Shown here in pieces: positions 1 through 10,145 of a stretch of 64,000 nt of DNA; position 1 is the stretch's first letter, and every line of letters starts with the position of its first letter. The DNA lies in assembly GCA_963816355.1 (NCBI GenBank), contig CAWFKH010000004.1, positions 288,001 to 352,000 of the forward strand, read 5' to 3'. Below the pieces are notes generated by a model that was given only the letters and a program-made list of their open reading frames with translations, had not been told where the DNA came from and did not search any database. A program made the position numbers and the translations under genes. The stretch is from an uncultured Gemmatimonadales bacterium. GTDB lineage: Bacteria > Gemmatimonadota > Gemmatimonadetes > Longimicrobiales > RSA9.

Positions 1-1244
1 GGAGGCGGCGGGTGCGACCTGCACCTGCTCGTCGTCGGCGAAGGCACCGCGCACCCCGACGGCGATCGCGGCGATGTTGCGGGCGCCCGCGGCGCGGACG
101 CGGACGTCGAGGACGCCGCCGGCGGGGACGGCGTCGGGTACGGTGACGGAGAGAATGCGCGGAGCGGAGACGTCGACCGCGACGGTGTCCTCGAGGATCG
201 CACGGGCACCGGAGCGGTCGTAGGCGAGGGCGCGAACGATGAGCAGGGGCCCCGGAATGGCGGCCGGCACGACGAAGGAGACGTCCTGGACCACGTGGGG
301 CGACGCCGGCGCCACGGCCAGCTCGTCGTCGGACGTGACGTCGCCGCGATACTGCAGCACGATGCGGTCGATGCCGCGCGCGGAGGCGGCGTCGACGGCG
401 AAGTCGATCGTCTGACCCGGCCGCGCCGTCGCAGGCAGCCCGAGGCCGAGCACCTGCGGCGCACCGATGCGGATCGGCACGGGCGTGGACGCAGCGGGGC
501 CGGTGCGGCCGCCGTCGTCGATGGCGCGGACTTCGGCGGTGAGCACGGTGTCGAGGAAGAGCTGCGGCAGTCGCACCTGGGTGGCGCCGGCGAGCTGACG
601 GCGGGGCGGCGACACCTGCAGCGTCGTGTCCGTGCGCGCGGCGCCGCTCAGCTTCACGCGGAGCGCGACGATGGTGCCGCTCACCCCGAAGGCGTTCACG
701 TCGAGCGACGAGGATACCGCCGGCGGCTCACGGCGGTCGGCGGTGGCAGGACGGAGCTGACGACGGGCGGCCCGACGACGCGGATGGTGGCGCTCTGCGA
801 GACGCTGCGCCCGCCGGCGGCGTCGACCGCCGTGACGACGGCGCTCAGCAGGGTATCGACGACGGCGATCGGCACCGCGACGCGCAGGTCCGCGCTGGCG
901 ACGATCGCGGGCGAGTCCAGCTCGACGATCGTGTCGGCCGAGAACGCGCCCGCGAACGAGACGGCGAAGGAGGAGATCGGCTCGGACCCGCTCGCGGCCA
1001 TCGTGAGCGTGACGGTGTCGCCCGCGGTGACCGCGTCGGCGACGAAGGCGACGCCGGTGATGGCCGGCGGCTGCGTCTGCGCCGCGCCGTCGAACAGGTT
1101 GTCGCCGTTGCAGGCGGCGAGGCTCGACGCGGCGGTGAGCGCGAGGAGCAGGCGCGGCAGGCGCCGGTGCCGGAGCGGGCCGGGCGGAGCGGGCGCGGGA
1201 CGGAGCCGCGCGTGCGGCCGCGCGCGGTCGCCGGCGCGGCTCAC
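1..1244 (-). CDS. Lipoprotein with tandem Ig-like beta-sandwich repeats (runs off the window edge; apparent frameshift near 720)
   Basis: The ORF 696..1244 has a lipobox-like SLAAC. After a shift near 720 another frame stays open to position 1 (SLDVNAFGVSGTIVALRVKLSG...PGQTIDFAVDAASARGIDRIVLQY...AGGVLDVRVRAAGARNIAAIAVGVRGAF), repeating the first ~95-aa unit. The start overlaps the pilQ stop. Confidence 0.65.
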
Positions 1245-3100
1245 GCGCCCTCCCGAACGATGTGGGGCGTCACCATGATGAGCAGATCGCGCTTCGTCTC
1301 GTTGTTGGACGTGGTCCGGAAGAGCGGACCGATGAGCGGCAGGTGCATGAGGAGCGGGATTCCGGTCTTCGACGACGTCTTCTCGATCACGGTGAGGCCA
1401 CCGATGACCGCGGTCTCGCCGTCATTGACGAGGACCTGCGTGTCGGAGCGCTGGGTCTGGAACGTGATGCCCAGGTCGGACGGCGCGGCCGCGATGTTGG
1501 AGCGTTCGGCGTGCAGCTCGAGCACGACCTGATCGCCGGTCACGTGGGGCGTCACCTTCAGGATGACGCCGGTCTGCTTGAACTGGACGGTGGCGGTCGG
1601 AAAGCTGCGCGCGTTGCCTCCGGTCCCGCCGCCCGCGCCGAGGTCGATCGTCCGCACGGGCGTATCCTCACCGACCTGGATTTCCGCCTCGCGGTTGTCC
1701 AGCACGGTCACGACGGGCGCCGCCTGGATGTCGCTGAGCTGGAGGCTCTCGAGCGCTTCCAGGAACGTGACCAGCGAGTGGCGGCCGAGGAGCAGCGTCG
1801 TCACGAGCCGGAGCGCGGGTGAGGTGAGACGCGCACGCGCGTTCGCCAGCGCCGCGACCGAGTTGCCGCCCAGCGAGATGACGTCATTGCTGGTGGCCTC
1901 GTCCGGCGTGAAGACCCCGTCGCCGTTCTTGTCGAGAAATCCCTGGACGACGGTGTTGAGCTGGCTCCCGCGCGAGTCCTTCAGGTCGTAGACGACGCCG
2001 AGCTCCTCCAGCGCGGTGCGGTCGACGAAGATGATCTTGGCGGAGATCGTCACCTGCGGCGTTCGCACGTCGAGCTGCTCGATCAGGGGCGCGACGCGCT
2101 GGATCACGGACCGGCCGTCGGTGACGATCAACGTGTTGGTCGACTTGCTCGTGGTGGCGCTGCCGCGCTCGCTCAGCAGCGGCTTGATCGAGGCGAGAAC
2201 GGAGTCGACGCTGGTGTAGCGGATGCGGAAGTAGCGGGTGACGAGCTCCTCGTTCTTCTCCTGCGTGCGGAGGTCCTCGAGCTTCACGACCTGCAGGATG
2301 CCGCTCTGGCGTTCGATGACGGCGTAACCCTGCGCCTCCAGGATCGCCTCGAGCGCCTGGTCCCACGGCTGGTCGTTGATCTCGGCCGTGACCGTGCCCG
2401 TTACGTTGCTGCCGGCCACGATGCTGCGCCCGGCGAAGGAGGCGAACGTAGAGATGACGTCGAGGATCGGCGCCTCGTCGAACGTGACGCTGATGCGCGG
2501 CTCCTGGCGCTGCGCGGGCGGGGCGGCTGCCGATTGCGCGGGCGCCGGCGCGGCTGGCCGGTTCGTCGTCCGCGCAGCGTCCGATGATGCCGGCGCGCCC
2601 GCCGCGGCGGTGCTCGGCGCCGACGCCGTTTCGGTGCTCGAGGCCGACGCCGTTTCGGTGCTCGCCGCCGCGGTCGCGGGCTGGGCGGGGGACGCCGCGA
2701 TCGCGGCCCCGGGCCGCGGACTCGTCCACGGCTGGAAGGGTCCGGCGGGGTTGAGGAAGGAGAGGCGCACCGCGTCGGCACCGGGTACCACCTGATAGTC
2801 GACCGGCGCGGAGAGCTCGACGACGACGCGGACGACATCGGCGCTGTACTGGCTCGCGTGGAGCGCCCGGATGCCGCCGCGGTCGATGCCGACGAAGAGG
2901 TCCGAGGACAGCTCCTGGCGGGCTCCCTTCAGATCGACGACGAGGCGGTCCGGCTCCGTGAGCGCGAAGTGGTCCACGGTGACGGCGCCGTCGACCTGGA
3001 TGACGACTTCGGTGCGGTCCCGGACGGGCACGACGCGCAGGCCGGAGACGTTCGCGGGCGCGGGGGCCAGCGCGAGGAGCAACGCGACGAGCGGGATCAT
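1241..3100 (-). CDS. pilQ: Type IV pilus secretin (AMIN domain + secretin)
   Basis: Signal peptide, AMIN-like PDRLVVDL, and secretin C-terminal motifs (TGVILKVTPHV, GETAVIGGL, GIPLLMHLPLIGPLFR, LLIMVTPHIV). Confidence 0.95.
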   Translation of the reverse strand: MIPLVALLLALAPAPANVSGLRVVPVRDRTEVVIQVDGAVTVDHFALTEPDRLVVDLKGARQELSSDLFVGIDRGGIRALHASQYSADVVRVVVELSAPVDYQVVPGADAVRLSFLNPAGPFQPWTSPRPGAAIAASPAQPATAAASTETASASSTETASAPSTAAAGAPASSDAARTTNRPAAPAPAQSAAAPPAQRQEPRISVTFDEAPILDVISTFASFAGRSIVAGSNVTGTVTAEINDQPWDQALEAILEAQGYAVIERQSGILQVVKLEDLRTQEKNEELVTRYFRIRYTSVDSVLASIKPLLSERGSATTSKSTNTLIVTDGRSVIQRVAPLIEQLDVRTPQVTISAKIIFVDRTALEELGVVYDLKDSRGSQLNTVVQGFLDKNGDGVFTPDEATSNDVISLGGNSVAALANARARLTSPALRLVTTLLLGRHSLVTFLEALESLQLSDIQAAPVVTVLDNREAEIQVGEDTPVRTIDLGAGGGTGGNARSFPTATVQFKQTGVILKVTPHVTGDQVVLELHAERSNIAAAPSDLGITFQTQRSDTQVLVNDGETAVIGGLTVIEKTSSKTGIPLLMHLPLIGPLFRTTSNNETKRDLLIMVTPHIVREGA

Positions 3101-3573
3101 CGCGCGCCTCCGCGCTGGCCGGGTCGCTTCAGCTCGAGCACCTCCTCGCGGGCGGCGCCGAAGCTCATGACCTGAAAGACGACACGGGTGCGCTCGATCG
3201 AGAGGACGCGGGCGTTGCCGACGGTCTCGCCCTGACGGACGCGGTATACCTTGCCGGACGGGTCGCCCAGGAGGGCCATGCTCTCCTTCCGCGCAGCGGA
3301 GAAGATCAATCCCTGGAGCGAGAGCGCCTCGAAGCGAGGGCCGAGCGCGTGCGCGTCATCTCCCACCAGCGGGGCGAACGGATCGCGGCGCCCGGTCGCG
3401 GGATAGTCGAAGACCTCGCGGTCGTAGACCAGCTTGATGGGGCCCGGAGGCGGCGCCTTCGCCGCCGAGTCCGGCCGTGGAGCCGAGGGTCGCGGGCGCG
3501 CCGCCTGCGCGGAGAGGGGTCCTCCGCTCAGGAGCAGGCCGAGGCCGACGGCGAATGTGACGAGTGGTTTCAC
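3097..3573 (-). CDS. pilP: PilP-like pilus assembly protein
   Basis: Lies between pilO and pilQ. Has the RRDPF motif and a C-terminal beta domain (YRVRQGETVG). GTG start at 3573. Confidence 0.75.
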   Translation of the reverse strand: MKPLVTFAVGLGLLLSGGPLSAQAARPRPSAPRPDSAAKAPPPGPIKLVYDREVFDYPATGRRDPFAPLVGDDAHALGPRFEALSLQGLIFSAARKESMALLGDPSGKVYRVRQGETVGNARVLSIERTRVVFQVMSFGAAREEVLELKRPGQRGGAR

Positions 3574-3574
3574 G

Positions 3575-4183
3575 CTAGCGCCCCTTCGTGGTCTGGACGG
3601 TGGAGGCGGAGTCCGCCCCCGGCGCCGGAATGACGAACGTCTCGATCCTGAAGCTCGCCTGCACGCGGGGAGAGCCGTCGCGGGCGGGGCTCGGCGCGGC
3701 ATCGATCTCGAGGTCGACGGGTGTGACGATGCGCGGCAGCGATCCGATGGAGGCGAGGAAGCGGCCGACGTCGTGATAGGAGCCGAGCACGGCCATCTTG
3801 TAGACCTCGCGGGTGTAGTACGTTTCGGGCTCCTCCTGCTGGGGCGCCATGAGGCCGAGCTCGACGCCGTTGTCCTGCGCCTGCACGGTCATCGCGTGCA
3901 GCAGCTCGGGCACCTCCTCGCGATCGGGGATGAGGCGCTCGAGGCGCCGCATGTACTGCTCGTAGAGGTCGACTTTCTTCTCGAGGTCGGGGCCGCCCTG
4001 TGCCATCTTCGCGTGCGCGACGCGGTTGGAGGTCTCGAGCTGCTCGACGTGGCTGCGCATCTCGGTGATCGACTCCGCCTTCTTCTGGTAGGGGAAGTAC
4101 CAGTAGAGGAAGAAGAGGACGAGCGGCACGAGGCCGATCAGAATCCGCTTCTGCTGACGCGGGTCACTCGGTAGCAGCGCCAA
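3575..4183 (-). CDS. pilO: Type IV pilus assembly protein PilO
   Basis: N-terminal TM, coiled coil, IPDREEVPELL and GSYHDVGRFL...LPRIV motifs. Confidence 0.9.
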   Translation of the reverse strand: MALLPSDPRQQKRILIGLVPLVLFFLYWYFPYQKKAESITEMRSHVEQLETSNRVAHAKMAQGGPDLEKKVDLYEQYMRRLERLIPDREEVPELLHAMTVQAQDNGVELGLMAPQQEEPETYYTREVYKMAVLGSYHDVGRFLASIGSLPRIVTPVDLEIDAAPSPARDGSPRVQASFRIETFVIPAPGADSASTVQTTKGR

Positions 4184-4835
4184 GGCCGTCCTCCCCTGCA
4201 GCGAAGAGTGGAGCCGACCGCACCAGGTCCGGGGGCGGCTCCTCGTAGGATGCCTGAAGCATGAAGCTGTAGACGGTCGATCCTTTCACACTTGCCTGCT
4301 CGGTCGAGATCAGGTTCACGCCACGCACGAACGGCGAAGCCTCGAGGTTCTTGAGCAGCTCCGTGAGCGCGAAGTTGCTGCCGGTCATGCCGGCGAGCTG
4401 GAAGGTCGCCGTGGGCTCGCCGTCGATGGGACGGAGCGAGGTGATCCACGTGTAATCGGGCAGGGCGCGGCTGATCTCGTCCATGAGGTGCGCCCAGACG
4501 TAGCGGTCTGCGTCGATCTGCTGGATGATCTCGAGCTTGCGCGCGATCGTGTCCCGGCGCGCCGTGAGATGCGCGACGCTCTGGACCACGCGGCCGTAGC
4601 GCACCGAATCCTGCTGTGCCCGCTCCATGGAGGCGCGGAGTCCCGCCTCCTCGGAGCGGCTGCCGAGGAAGAGCCAGCCGAAGCCACCCAGGGAAACGAT
4701 CCACGCGGCGCCGACGAAGAGGGCGATGCGGTCGACGCCGCCCAGCCGCTTGGCGAAACTGGATGGAGTCCGCCGCCGCGCCCCTCGACGCGAGGGGCGG
4801 CGCGACGCGCCCGGCAGCAGGTTGACTTCGATCAC
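4164..4835 (-). CDS. pilN: Type IV pilus assembly protein PilN
   Basis: N-terminal IEVNLLP PilM-binding motif, TM helix, ALPDYTWITSL. Confidence 0.9.
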   Translation of the reverse strand: MIEVNLLPGASRRPSRRGARRRTPSSFAKRLGGVDRIALFVGAAWIVSLGGFGWLFLGSRSEEAGLRASMERAQQDSVRYGRVVQSVAHLTARRDTIARKLEIIQQIDADRYVWAHLMDEISRALPDYTWITSLRPIDGEPTATFQLAGMTGSNFALTELLKNLEASPFVRGVNLISTEQASVKGSTVYSFMLQASYEEPPPDLVRSAPLFAAGEDGLGAATE

Positions 4836-4866
4836 GGCGTCTCGTTCCGTTCCACGCGAGGCACGC

Positions 4867-5904
4867 TCACGCCTGGCGCAACGCCAGGCCGACCGAAAGC
4901 ATCAGCATCGGCGCGATCTCGTCGACGGGCGTCGACTGCATCACGTCGGGCCGGACGGCGATGCGCTCGAGCGGGTTCGCGATCTCCGTCCTCACGTTGA
5001 GGCGGGTTCCGACCGCCTGCGCCATTCCCGGGATGCGCGAGCCGCCGCCGCTCAGGAAGACGCGGCCCAGGTCGCGTCCCTGCGCCTGCGCCACCGCGAA
5101 GGCGACGGCGCGCTCGATCCCGACGGCGAGCTCGTCGGCGTGGTCGGCGACGAAACCGCCCAGCTCACTGCCGCCGCTGCGACCCTGGACCACCGATTCC
5201 GCCTCCTCCACGCTGTAGCCTCGCTCGCGCTGCAGCGCCTCGCGCAGGCGGCGCGAGCCGAACGGGAAGTCCCGCACGAGCACCGGATGGCCGTCATCGA
5301 GCAAATTCAGGTTCGTCGTCTCGTGGCCGATGTTGACGAGTGCGACGAGACCGTCGAGCGAATTCGGATAGTTGCGCGCGAAGGCGTTGTGGAGCGCGAA
5401 GGCATCCACATCGATCGCGCACGCGCTGATGCCGGCGTCCGAGAGCAGGCTCAGCCGGTTCTCGATCAGCTCGCGCTTGGCCGCCACGAGGAGCACCGAC
5501 ATCTGCGGACCGTCGCTGCGCTCGTCGAGGATCTGAAAGTCCAGTTGCACGCTCTCCATGTCGAACGGGACGTGCTGCTCCGCTTCCCAGCGGATCACCT
5601 CGCGGGTGTCCGCCTGGCTCATCCGGTCCATCTGGATCTTCTTGACGATGACGTCGTGACCGCCCACCGCAGTGACGACCTCGCGGCGCCGGATGCCCGC
5701 CCCGTCGACGACGGCGCGCACGGTCTCGGCGACGAGCGCGGGGTCCATGACCTCGCCCTCGACGATGGCATCGGCGACGAGCGGGCTCGTCGTGAGCTTC
5801 ACGATCTCCGGCTCGGCACGGGAGTGGTCGACGAGCACGAGCTTGACGAAGCCACTGCCGATGTCGAGACCGGCCGTGATGCGGCTACGGCCGAAGAGTC
5901 CCAC
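4867..5904 (-). CDS. pilM: Type IV pilus assembly protein PilM (actin-like)
   Basis: GLDIGSGFVK, EAEQHVPF, VNIGHETT and LSGGGSRIPG motifs. Confidence 0.93.
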   Translation of the reverse strand: MGLFGRSRITAGLDIGSGFVKLVLVDHSRAEPEIVKLTTSPLVADAIVEGEVMDPALVAETVRAVVDGAGIRRREVVTAVGGHDVIVKKIQMDRMSQADTREVIRWEAEQHVPFDMESVQLDFQILDERSDGPQMSVLLVAAKRELIENRLSLLSDAGISACAIDVDAFALHNAFARNYPNSLDGLVALVNIGHETTNLNLLDDGHPVLVRDFPFGSRRLREALQRERGYSVEEAESVVQGRSGGSELGGFVADHADELAVGIERAVAFAVAQAQGRDLGRVFLSGGGSRIPGMAQAVGTRLNVRTEIANPLERIAVRPDVMQSTPVDEIAPMLMLSVGLALRQA

Positions 5905-5964
5905 GATGGACCGGTCTGGTGTGGGGGATGTTGGAAGGCGGGGAGGCCGCTGTGTAGCGCAGGG

Positions 5965-5994
5965 ACGCTACGATCCGGGACCCGCCTCTGTCAA
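5965..5994 (-). promoter_or_regulatory. Sigma70-type promoter for pilMNOPQ
   Basis: Minus strand TTGACA-18 nt-TAGCGT, about 60 bp upstream of the pilM start. Confidence 0.55.
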
Positions 5995-6030
5995 GGGCCG
6001 CGTGCAGCGCGGCAAGTTCGCGTCGGCTCA

Positions 6031-7203
6031 TCAGTTCGCCACCCCCGCGGCCGTGAAGTCGAACCAGCTGCGGCTGGCGAGCGGCACGGCGCGGATCCAG
6101 CTGTCGAGCGCGTGTTCGGCGGCGCAGCTCGAATACTGGATGACGGAGTTGCCGCTGGTCGAGCTCGTGCTGATGTCGGCGCTGTCGCTGTTCACCAGCA
6201 CGACGCCGTTGAAGTGGTTGCCCGTCCCGGACATGTCGAGCTTCCCCTTCACGACGATGATGCCGTAGAAGACGAAATCGCCGGTCGCCTTCAGGTTGCC
6301 GTCGACCAGGAGGATGCCCTGCCCGACGCCGCCCTGGAGCCGCAGCTCCGTGGCGGTCGAATGGATGATCGGGAAATAGCTCGAGCAGGGCTGACCGGCG
6401 TTCTCCGGGTCGCCCCAGTTGTACAGACTGGACGTGTCGCAATCGCCGCCGCTCACCACCGGCGCGGTTCCCGGCGGGTTCGCATCGGACATCTGCAGGC
6501 CCATCGCCGCGAGGTCGTCGTAGCTCTTGTCGCCGTAGTTGAGCAGCTTGCCGTCGCCCAGCGTGGTGTCCTGCGACAGGGCGGGATCGCCGTTGATGCC
6601 GGTCTGCTTCGACGGGTCGTACGTCGCGCCGGTGACCTGCGTCGTGTCCGACGTGACGACGCCCGGCACGTTCGCGTCGCCGTCGTCGTTGCAGGCGCCG
6701 GCGTCGACATCCTGGCCGTTGATGAAGGAGTTGCCCTTCACGTTGAGGCCGCCGAGCACGTAGAGGGGAGATCCGATGGGCACGTTCAGCGTCTCCGTGC
6801 GGACGACGCGGGCGAGGGTCCGGCGCGCCGCGGCGACGCGGTAGCCGCGGTTGAGAGGCCAGCCGATCGACGTGATGAGCCACATGCCGTCCGCGAGCTT
6901 GCGCACGACGACGCTGTCGCGGCCGACGACGCCGGCGCCTCCGGCGACGTCGCCGGTCACGATCTTCGTCTCGCCCACGGTGGCGGGATAGTCGGCGAGG
7001 AACCAGGAGCCGACCACGTCGTCGATCCCCTGCTCGGCGGCGTAGAAGGCGGCCTGGCTGCCGGCCACGCTGTCGCTGATCAGGTCCTGCTGGGCCGCCG
7101 CGTAGAAGCCGCCGGTCACGATCGCGCCGATGACGACCATCGCGAGCAGCGCGGCGGGCAGCGCGAAGCCGGAGCGACCGACCGGATCCTTTCCCTTGGG
7201 CAT
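6031..7203 (-). CDS. PilX-like minor pilin (set 1)
   Basis: Class III signal RSG|FALPAALL without Glu5 (typical of PilX), QAAFYAAEQG, and a large Cys/Asp-containing C-terminal domain. ATG at 7203. Confidence 0.8.
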   Translation of the reverse strand: MPKGKDPVGRSGFALPAALLAMVVIGAIVTGGFYAAAQQDLISDSVAGSQAAFYAAEQGIDDVVGSWFLADYPATVGETKIVTGDVAGGAGVVGRDSVVVRKLADGMWLITSIGWPLNRGYRVAAARRTLARVVRTETLNVPIGSPLYVLGGLNVKGNSFINGQDVDAGACNDDGDANVPGVVTSDTTQVTGATYDPSKQTGINGDPALSQDTTLGDGKLLNYGDKSYDDLAAMGLQMSDANPPGTAPVVSGGDCDTSSLYNWGDPENAGQPCSSYFPIIHSTATELRLQGGVGQGILLVDGNLKATGDFVFYGIIVVKGKLDMSGTGNHFNGVVLVNSDSADISTSSTSGNSVIQYSSCAAEHALDSWIRAVPLASRSWFDFTAAGVAN

Positions 7204-7220
7204 CTCGTTCCTCCGCCGCT

Positions 7221-8069
7221 TCAGTTGTTGCGCAGGTAGAGCTGAGTGACGAGCGAATCCTGGTACGCCTGGCCGAGCCGGGGACCGGTGGGACTCTGCG
7301 CCTTCACGCTGATCACAATGCGCTCGACCTGCGTCGGGTCGCTCGTCACCGCGCCGTCGGCGTCGTAGTAGGTGAAGCGAAGGCCGCCGTCGTCCGGCGA
7401 CGCGAGCGGACCGAGCAGCATCGTCACGGCGGCGCCGTCGGCATGGCGGCCGAGCATGTACCTGCCGCCGGCGTCCTGGTAGAGACCGTACGTGAGCCAT
7501 GTGAAGGCGCGGACGGGTGCGCCCGCGAGGATGCCGGCCCACTCGGTGGGCGGCCACGTGCCGGGCGCGCCGAGCGTGCCGAGCAGGCGCCGCGTGTAGC
7601 CGGTCCAGGAAGCGCAGCCGGTGCCGCCGCTCACGGCGCCGACGTAGAGCGGGAGCCAGTCGTCGTCGTCGACGGTCTTGGGGTCGTTCTCGACGAAGAC
7701 GAGGACGCTGTCCTGCGCGGCCAGCGCATCGCCGACCTGCTGAACCTCGACATCGTCGGTCGAGCGGGCGCAGACGACGCCCGCCTTGCGGTACGCGCGG
7801 AAGCGGATCGAATCGGGGCCGATCGCGCCAATGTCGGTCCCCGCGCTGGCCGCCGGATCGGCGCTGACTTCGCGCAGCTCGGTGGTGAGCACTTCGAGCG
7901 CCGTGCGGGTGTTGTCCTGGGTCGAGGCGAGCGCCTGCTGCGTGCGCATCGCCCGCTCCTGGACGACGACCGTCCGGTAGATGGCGGTGAGGAGGAGCAT
8001 CCCGATCACCATCGCCACGAGGAGCTCGACGAAGGTGAAGCCGAGGTCGGGGCGGTCAGCGCGCGACAT
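7221..8069 (-). CDS. PilW-like minor pilin (set 1)
   Basis: LG|FTFVELLVAMVIG prepilin motif, C-terminal LYLRNN. Confidence 0.85.
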   Translation of the reverse strand: MSRADRPDLGFTFVELLVAMVIGMLLLTAIYRTVVVQERAMRTQQALASTQDNTRTALEVLTTELREVSADPAASAGTDIGAIGPDSIRFRAYRKAGVVCARSTDDVEVQQVGDALAAQDSVLVFVENDPKTVDDDDWLPLYVGAVSGGTGCASWTGYTRRLLGTLGAPGTWPPTEWAGILAGAPVRAFTWLTYGLYQDAGGRYMLGRHADGAAVTMLLGPLASPDDGGLRFTYYDADGAVTSDPTQVERIVISVKAQSPTGPRLGQAYQDSLVTQLYLRNN

Positions 8070-8427
8070 CGACGGAGAGCGTGTCGGTGGCGTCGGTGCT
8101 CCACGATCCGCCCGTGTAGCCCGGACCGCTGCTCACGAACCGGAGCCGCGCGAGGGTTCCGCTGAGCGGCGTGAAGTCGCAGGTGACCACGTAGCCGCCG
8201 ATCTGGCGATCGAAGGCGCCACAGCGCGCGCCGATCGTGGCGTAGCCGCCTCCTCGCAGCTCCTCGATCGCGTACTGCACGGCTGCGTCCCGCTCGGTGC
8301 GGCGCGCGGCGATGCGCGTGCGGGTCAGGATCGATCCGGTGGTGGCGGCCATCGCGAGAAGGCCGAAGGCGAGGATCACCATCGCCACGACGACCTCGAT
8401 GAGCGAGAACCCCTCGCGGCCGCTCAC
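8056..8427 (-). CDS. PilV-like minor pilin (set 1)
   Basis: EG|FSLIEVVVAMVILAFGLL prepilin motif. Confidence 0.85.
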   Translation of the reverse strand: MSGREGFSLIEVVVAMVILAFGLLAMAATTGSILTRTRIAARRTERDAAVQYAIEELRGGGYATIGARCGAFDRQIGGYVVTCDFTPLSGTLARLRFVSSGPGYTGGSWSTDATDTLSVDVAR

Positions 8428-8864
8428 TTCTTCTCCACCTGTCCGAGGGGCCGGACGCGGAGCGAGGCGGAGTCGGCGCCGGTGCGGAAGGTCGCGTCCA
8501 CATCGCTGGCGGGGCAGTCGGCGAAACCGCGTGGGGTGTAGCAGATCGACACGGCGGCGCCGGTCGACGTGGTGACGGAGGCGCCGTAGTCGCCGCGGAA
8601 GTCGAGGCGGTCGATCGTGTCACCGGCGGCCGTCCGGGCGGTGGCGCGGCGCGCGCTCGGATCGAGCGTGACGGTGACGACCTGACCCTCCTGGATCGCG
8701 GCGGCGCGGCCGCGGGAAGCGAGCCAGATGAAGCCGTCGCGCGCGTTGATCGCGGCGCCTCTCGCCTGGAGGCGCCCGATCTGGGGCGCCGTTATGGCGA
8801 GAAGAACGCCGCCGATCATGATCACGAACAGCAACTCGATGAGACTGAAACCGCCTTTGCGCAT
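8424..8864 (-). CDS. FimT/FimU/GspH-like minor pilin (set 1)
   Basis: GG|FSLIELLFVIMI, RGRAAAIQEG, C-terminal LGQV. Confidence 0.85.
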   Translation of the reverse strand: MRKGGFSLIELLFVIMIGGVLLAITAPQIGRLQARGAAINARDGFIWLASRGRAAAIQEGQVVTVTLDPSARRATARTAAGDTIDRLDFRGDYGASVTTSTGAAVSICYTPRGFADCPASDVDATFRTGADSASLRVRPLGQVEKK

Positions 8865-8901
8865 CTCCGTCGCTCACACCGTTCGGGGCGGAGGCTCTTT
8901 C

Positions 8902-8935
8902 TACCACATCCATGCCGTGGCGGAAAGTGGCGGAA
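8902..8935 (-). promoter_or_regulatory. Possible non-canonical sigma54 promoter with adjacent direct repeat, upstream of minor-pilin set 1
   Basis: Minus strand CGGCATGGATGTGGTA (GG-N10-GT). Plus strand gtggcggaa occurs twice with a 10-bp period (8917, 8927). Confidence 0.3.
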
Positions 8936-9011
8936 CGGCGCGATTTTTCGCGGAAATCCCGGTGTCGCCGGGGGAATTGAGTTGCGCGCGGTCGATACAA
9001 TTTTCTCGGCG

Positions 9012-10145
9012 TCAGTAGAGGGGAATCCAGGTGCGGCCGGGCAGGGCGAACGGCCGGTGAGTGAGCGGCGAGCCCTCCAACGCCCGCTGGATGGCGCAGC
9101 CGTCGTAGCGGACGGTGCCGGCGATCGACGCGGTCGCGCCGCCGACCAGCCGGATGGCGCCTTCCACGATGGCGCCGGCGTCGATGCGGACGGGGCCGGC
9201 GGCGAGGAGGACGCCGCGGAAGAGGGTGCCGGTCCGCAGCGTGAGCCCGGCTGCGGCGACGAGCACGCCCTGGCCGGAGCCGCCGAGGAGCTCGAGGTCG
9301 GTGGGCGCGACGATCAATGGGTAGTCGTCCGCGCACGGCGACGCGGGGTCGAGCGGCGCGCCCCAGCTCCCGACGACGGCGGTGTCGCACGCGCCGCCAC
9401 TCTGCCGCGGGCGCGGCGTCACGGGGCCCGCGGCGGGCCGGAACGGCGGCGGCGGGGGCGCCAGACGCACCGGCCCGAGGCGCGGCTCCGTCACCGGGAG
9501 CGGCTCGGGGGCGGACGCCACCGGCGGGTCGCCGGTGACCACGGCGCCGGGATCGATGTCGACGGCGGCGCCGCCGGATGAGAGGACGGCGGGGCGGCCG
9601 GCCGCGCCGAACAGCGCCGCCACGACGGCGGCCGCCGCGGCGTCGCAGGCGGCGGGCGTGTTCGGGCTGGCCGACGGACTGCGGCCATCCACCTTCGCGG
9701 CCGCTTCGATCCTCACGCCGCCGGTGCCGGCCGCGGCAATGGCGGCGGGGAGGTCACGCCAGAGCTCGGTCGCGGGGACGACGCGGACGAGCGCGCCGAC
9801 GGCGAGCGCGGCGCGCGCCGCGGCCGGTCCCGCGCGGCCGCGTCCACGCACGAGGAAGAGGCCGCCCTCGAGCCGCCGCACGTCGGCGGCGACGCCCGCG
9901 GCGGGGTCGAGCGTGCGAGATCCACCGACCGGCAGGTCCGTGAAGCGGGCGCTGTCCCATGCCTCGATCGCTCCGGCAACGCCTTCGTAGGCGCGCAGGC
10001 GCGAGGCGAGCAACGATCTCCGGGTGCGCGCGATCACGGCGCGCTGCAGCGTCGTCTGGAGGGTGACGGTCGCGATCACGCCGAGCGCCAGGAGCGCGAG
10101 GAGCACCACGAGGAGCGCGAAGCCGGAACGCTCGTGGCGGATCAC
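9012..10145 (-). CDS. PilX-like minor pilin (set 2)
   Basis: RSG|FALLVVLL without Glu5. The C-terminus parallels 6031..7203 (WGAPLDPASPC vs WGDPENAGQPC; GGSGQGVLV vs GGVGQGILL). GTGA overlap with the upstream gene. Confidence 0.75.
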   Translation of the reverse strand: MIRHERSGFALLVVLLALLALGVIATVTLQTTLQRAVIARTRRSLLASRLRAYEGVAGAIEAWDSARFTDLPVGGSRTLDPAAGVAADVRRLEGGLFLVRGRGRAGPAAARAALAVGALVRVVPATELWRDLPAAIAAAGTGGVRIEAAAKVDGRSPSASPNTPAACDAAAAAVVAALFGAAGRPAVLSSGGAAVDIDPGAVVTGDPPVASAPEPLPVTEPRLGPVRLAPPPPPFRPAAGPVTPRPRQSGGACDTAVVGSWGAPLDPASPCADDYPLIVAPTDLELLGGSGQGVLVAAAGLTLRTGTLFRGVLLAAGPVRIDAGAIVEGAIRLVGGATASIAGTVRYDGCAIQRALEGSPLTHRPFALPGRTWIPLY

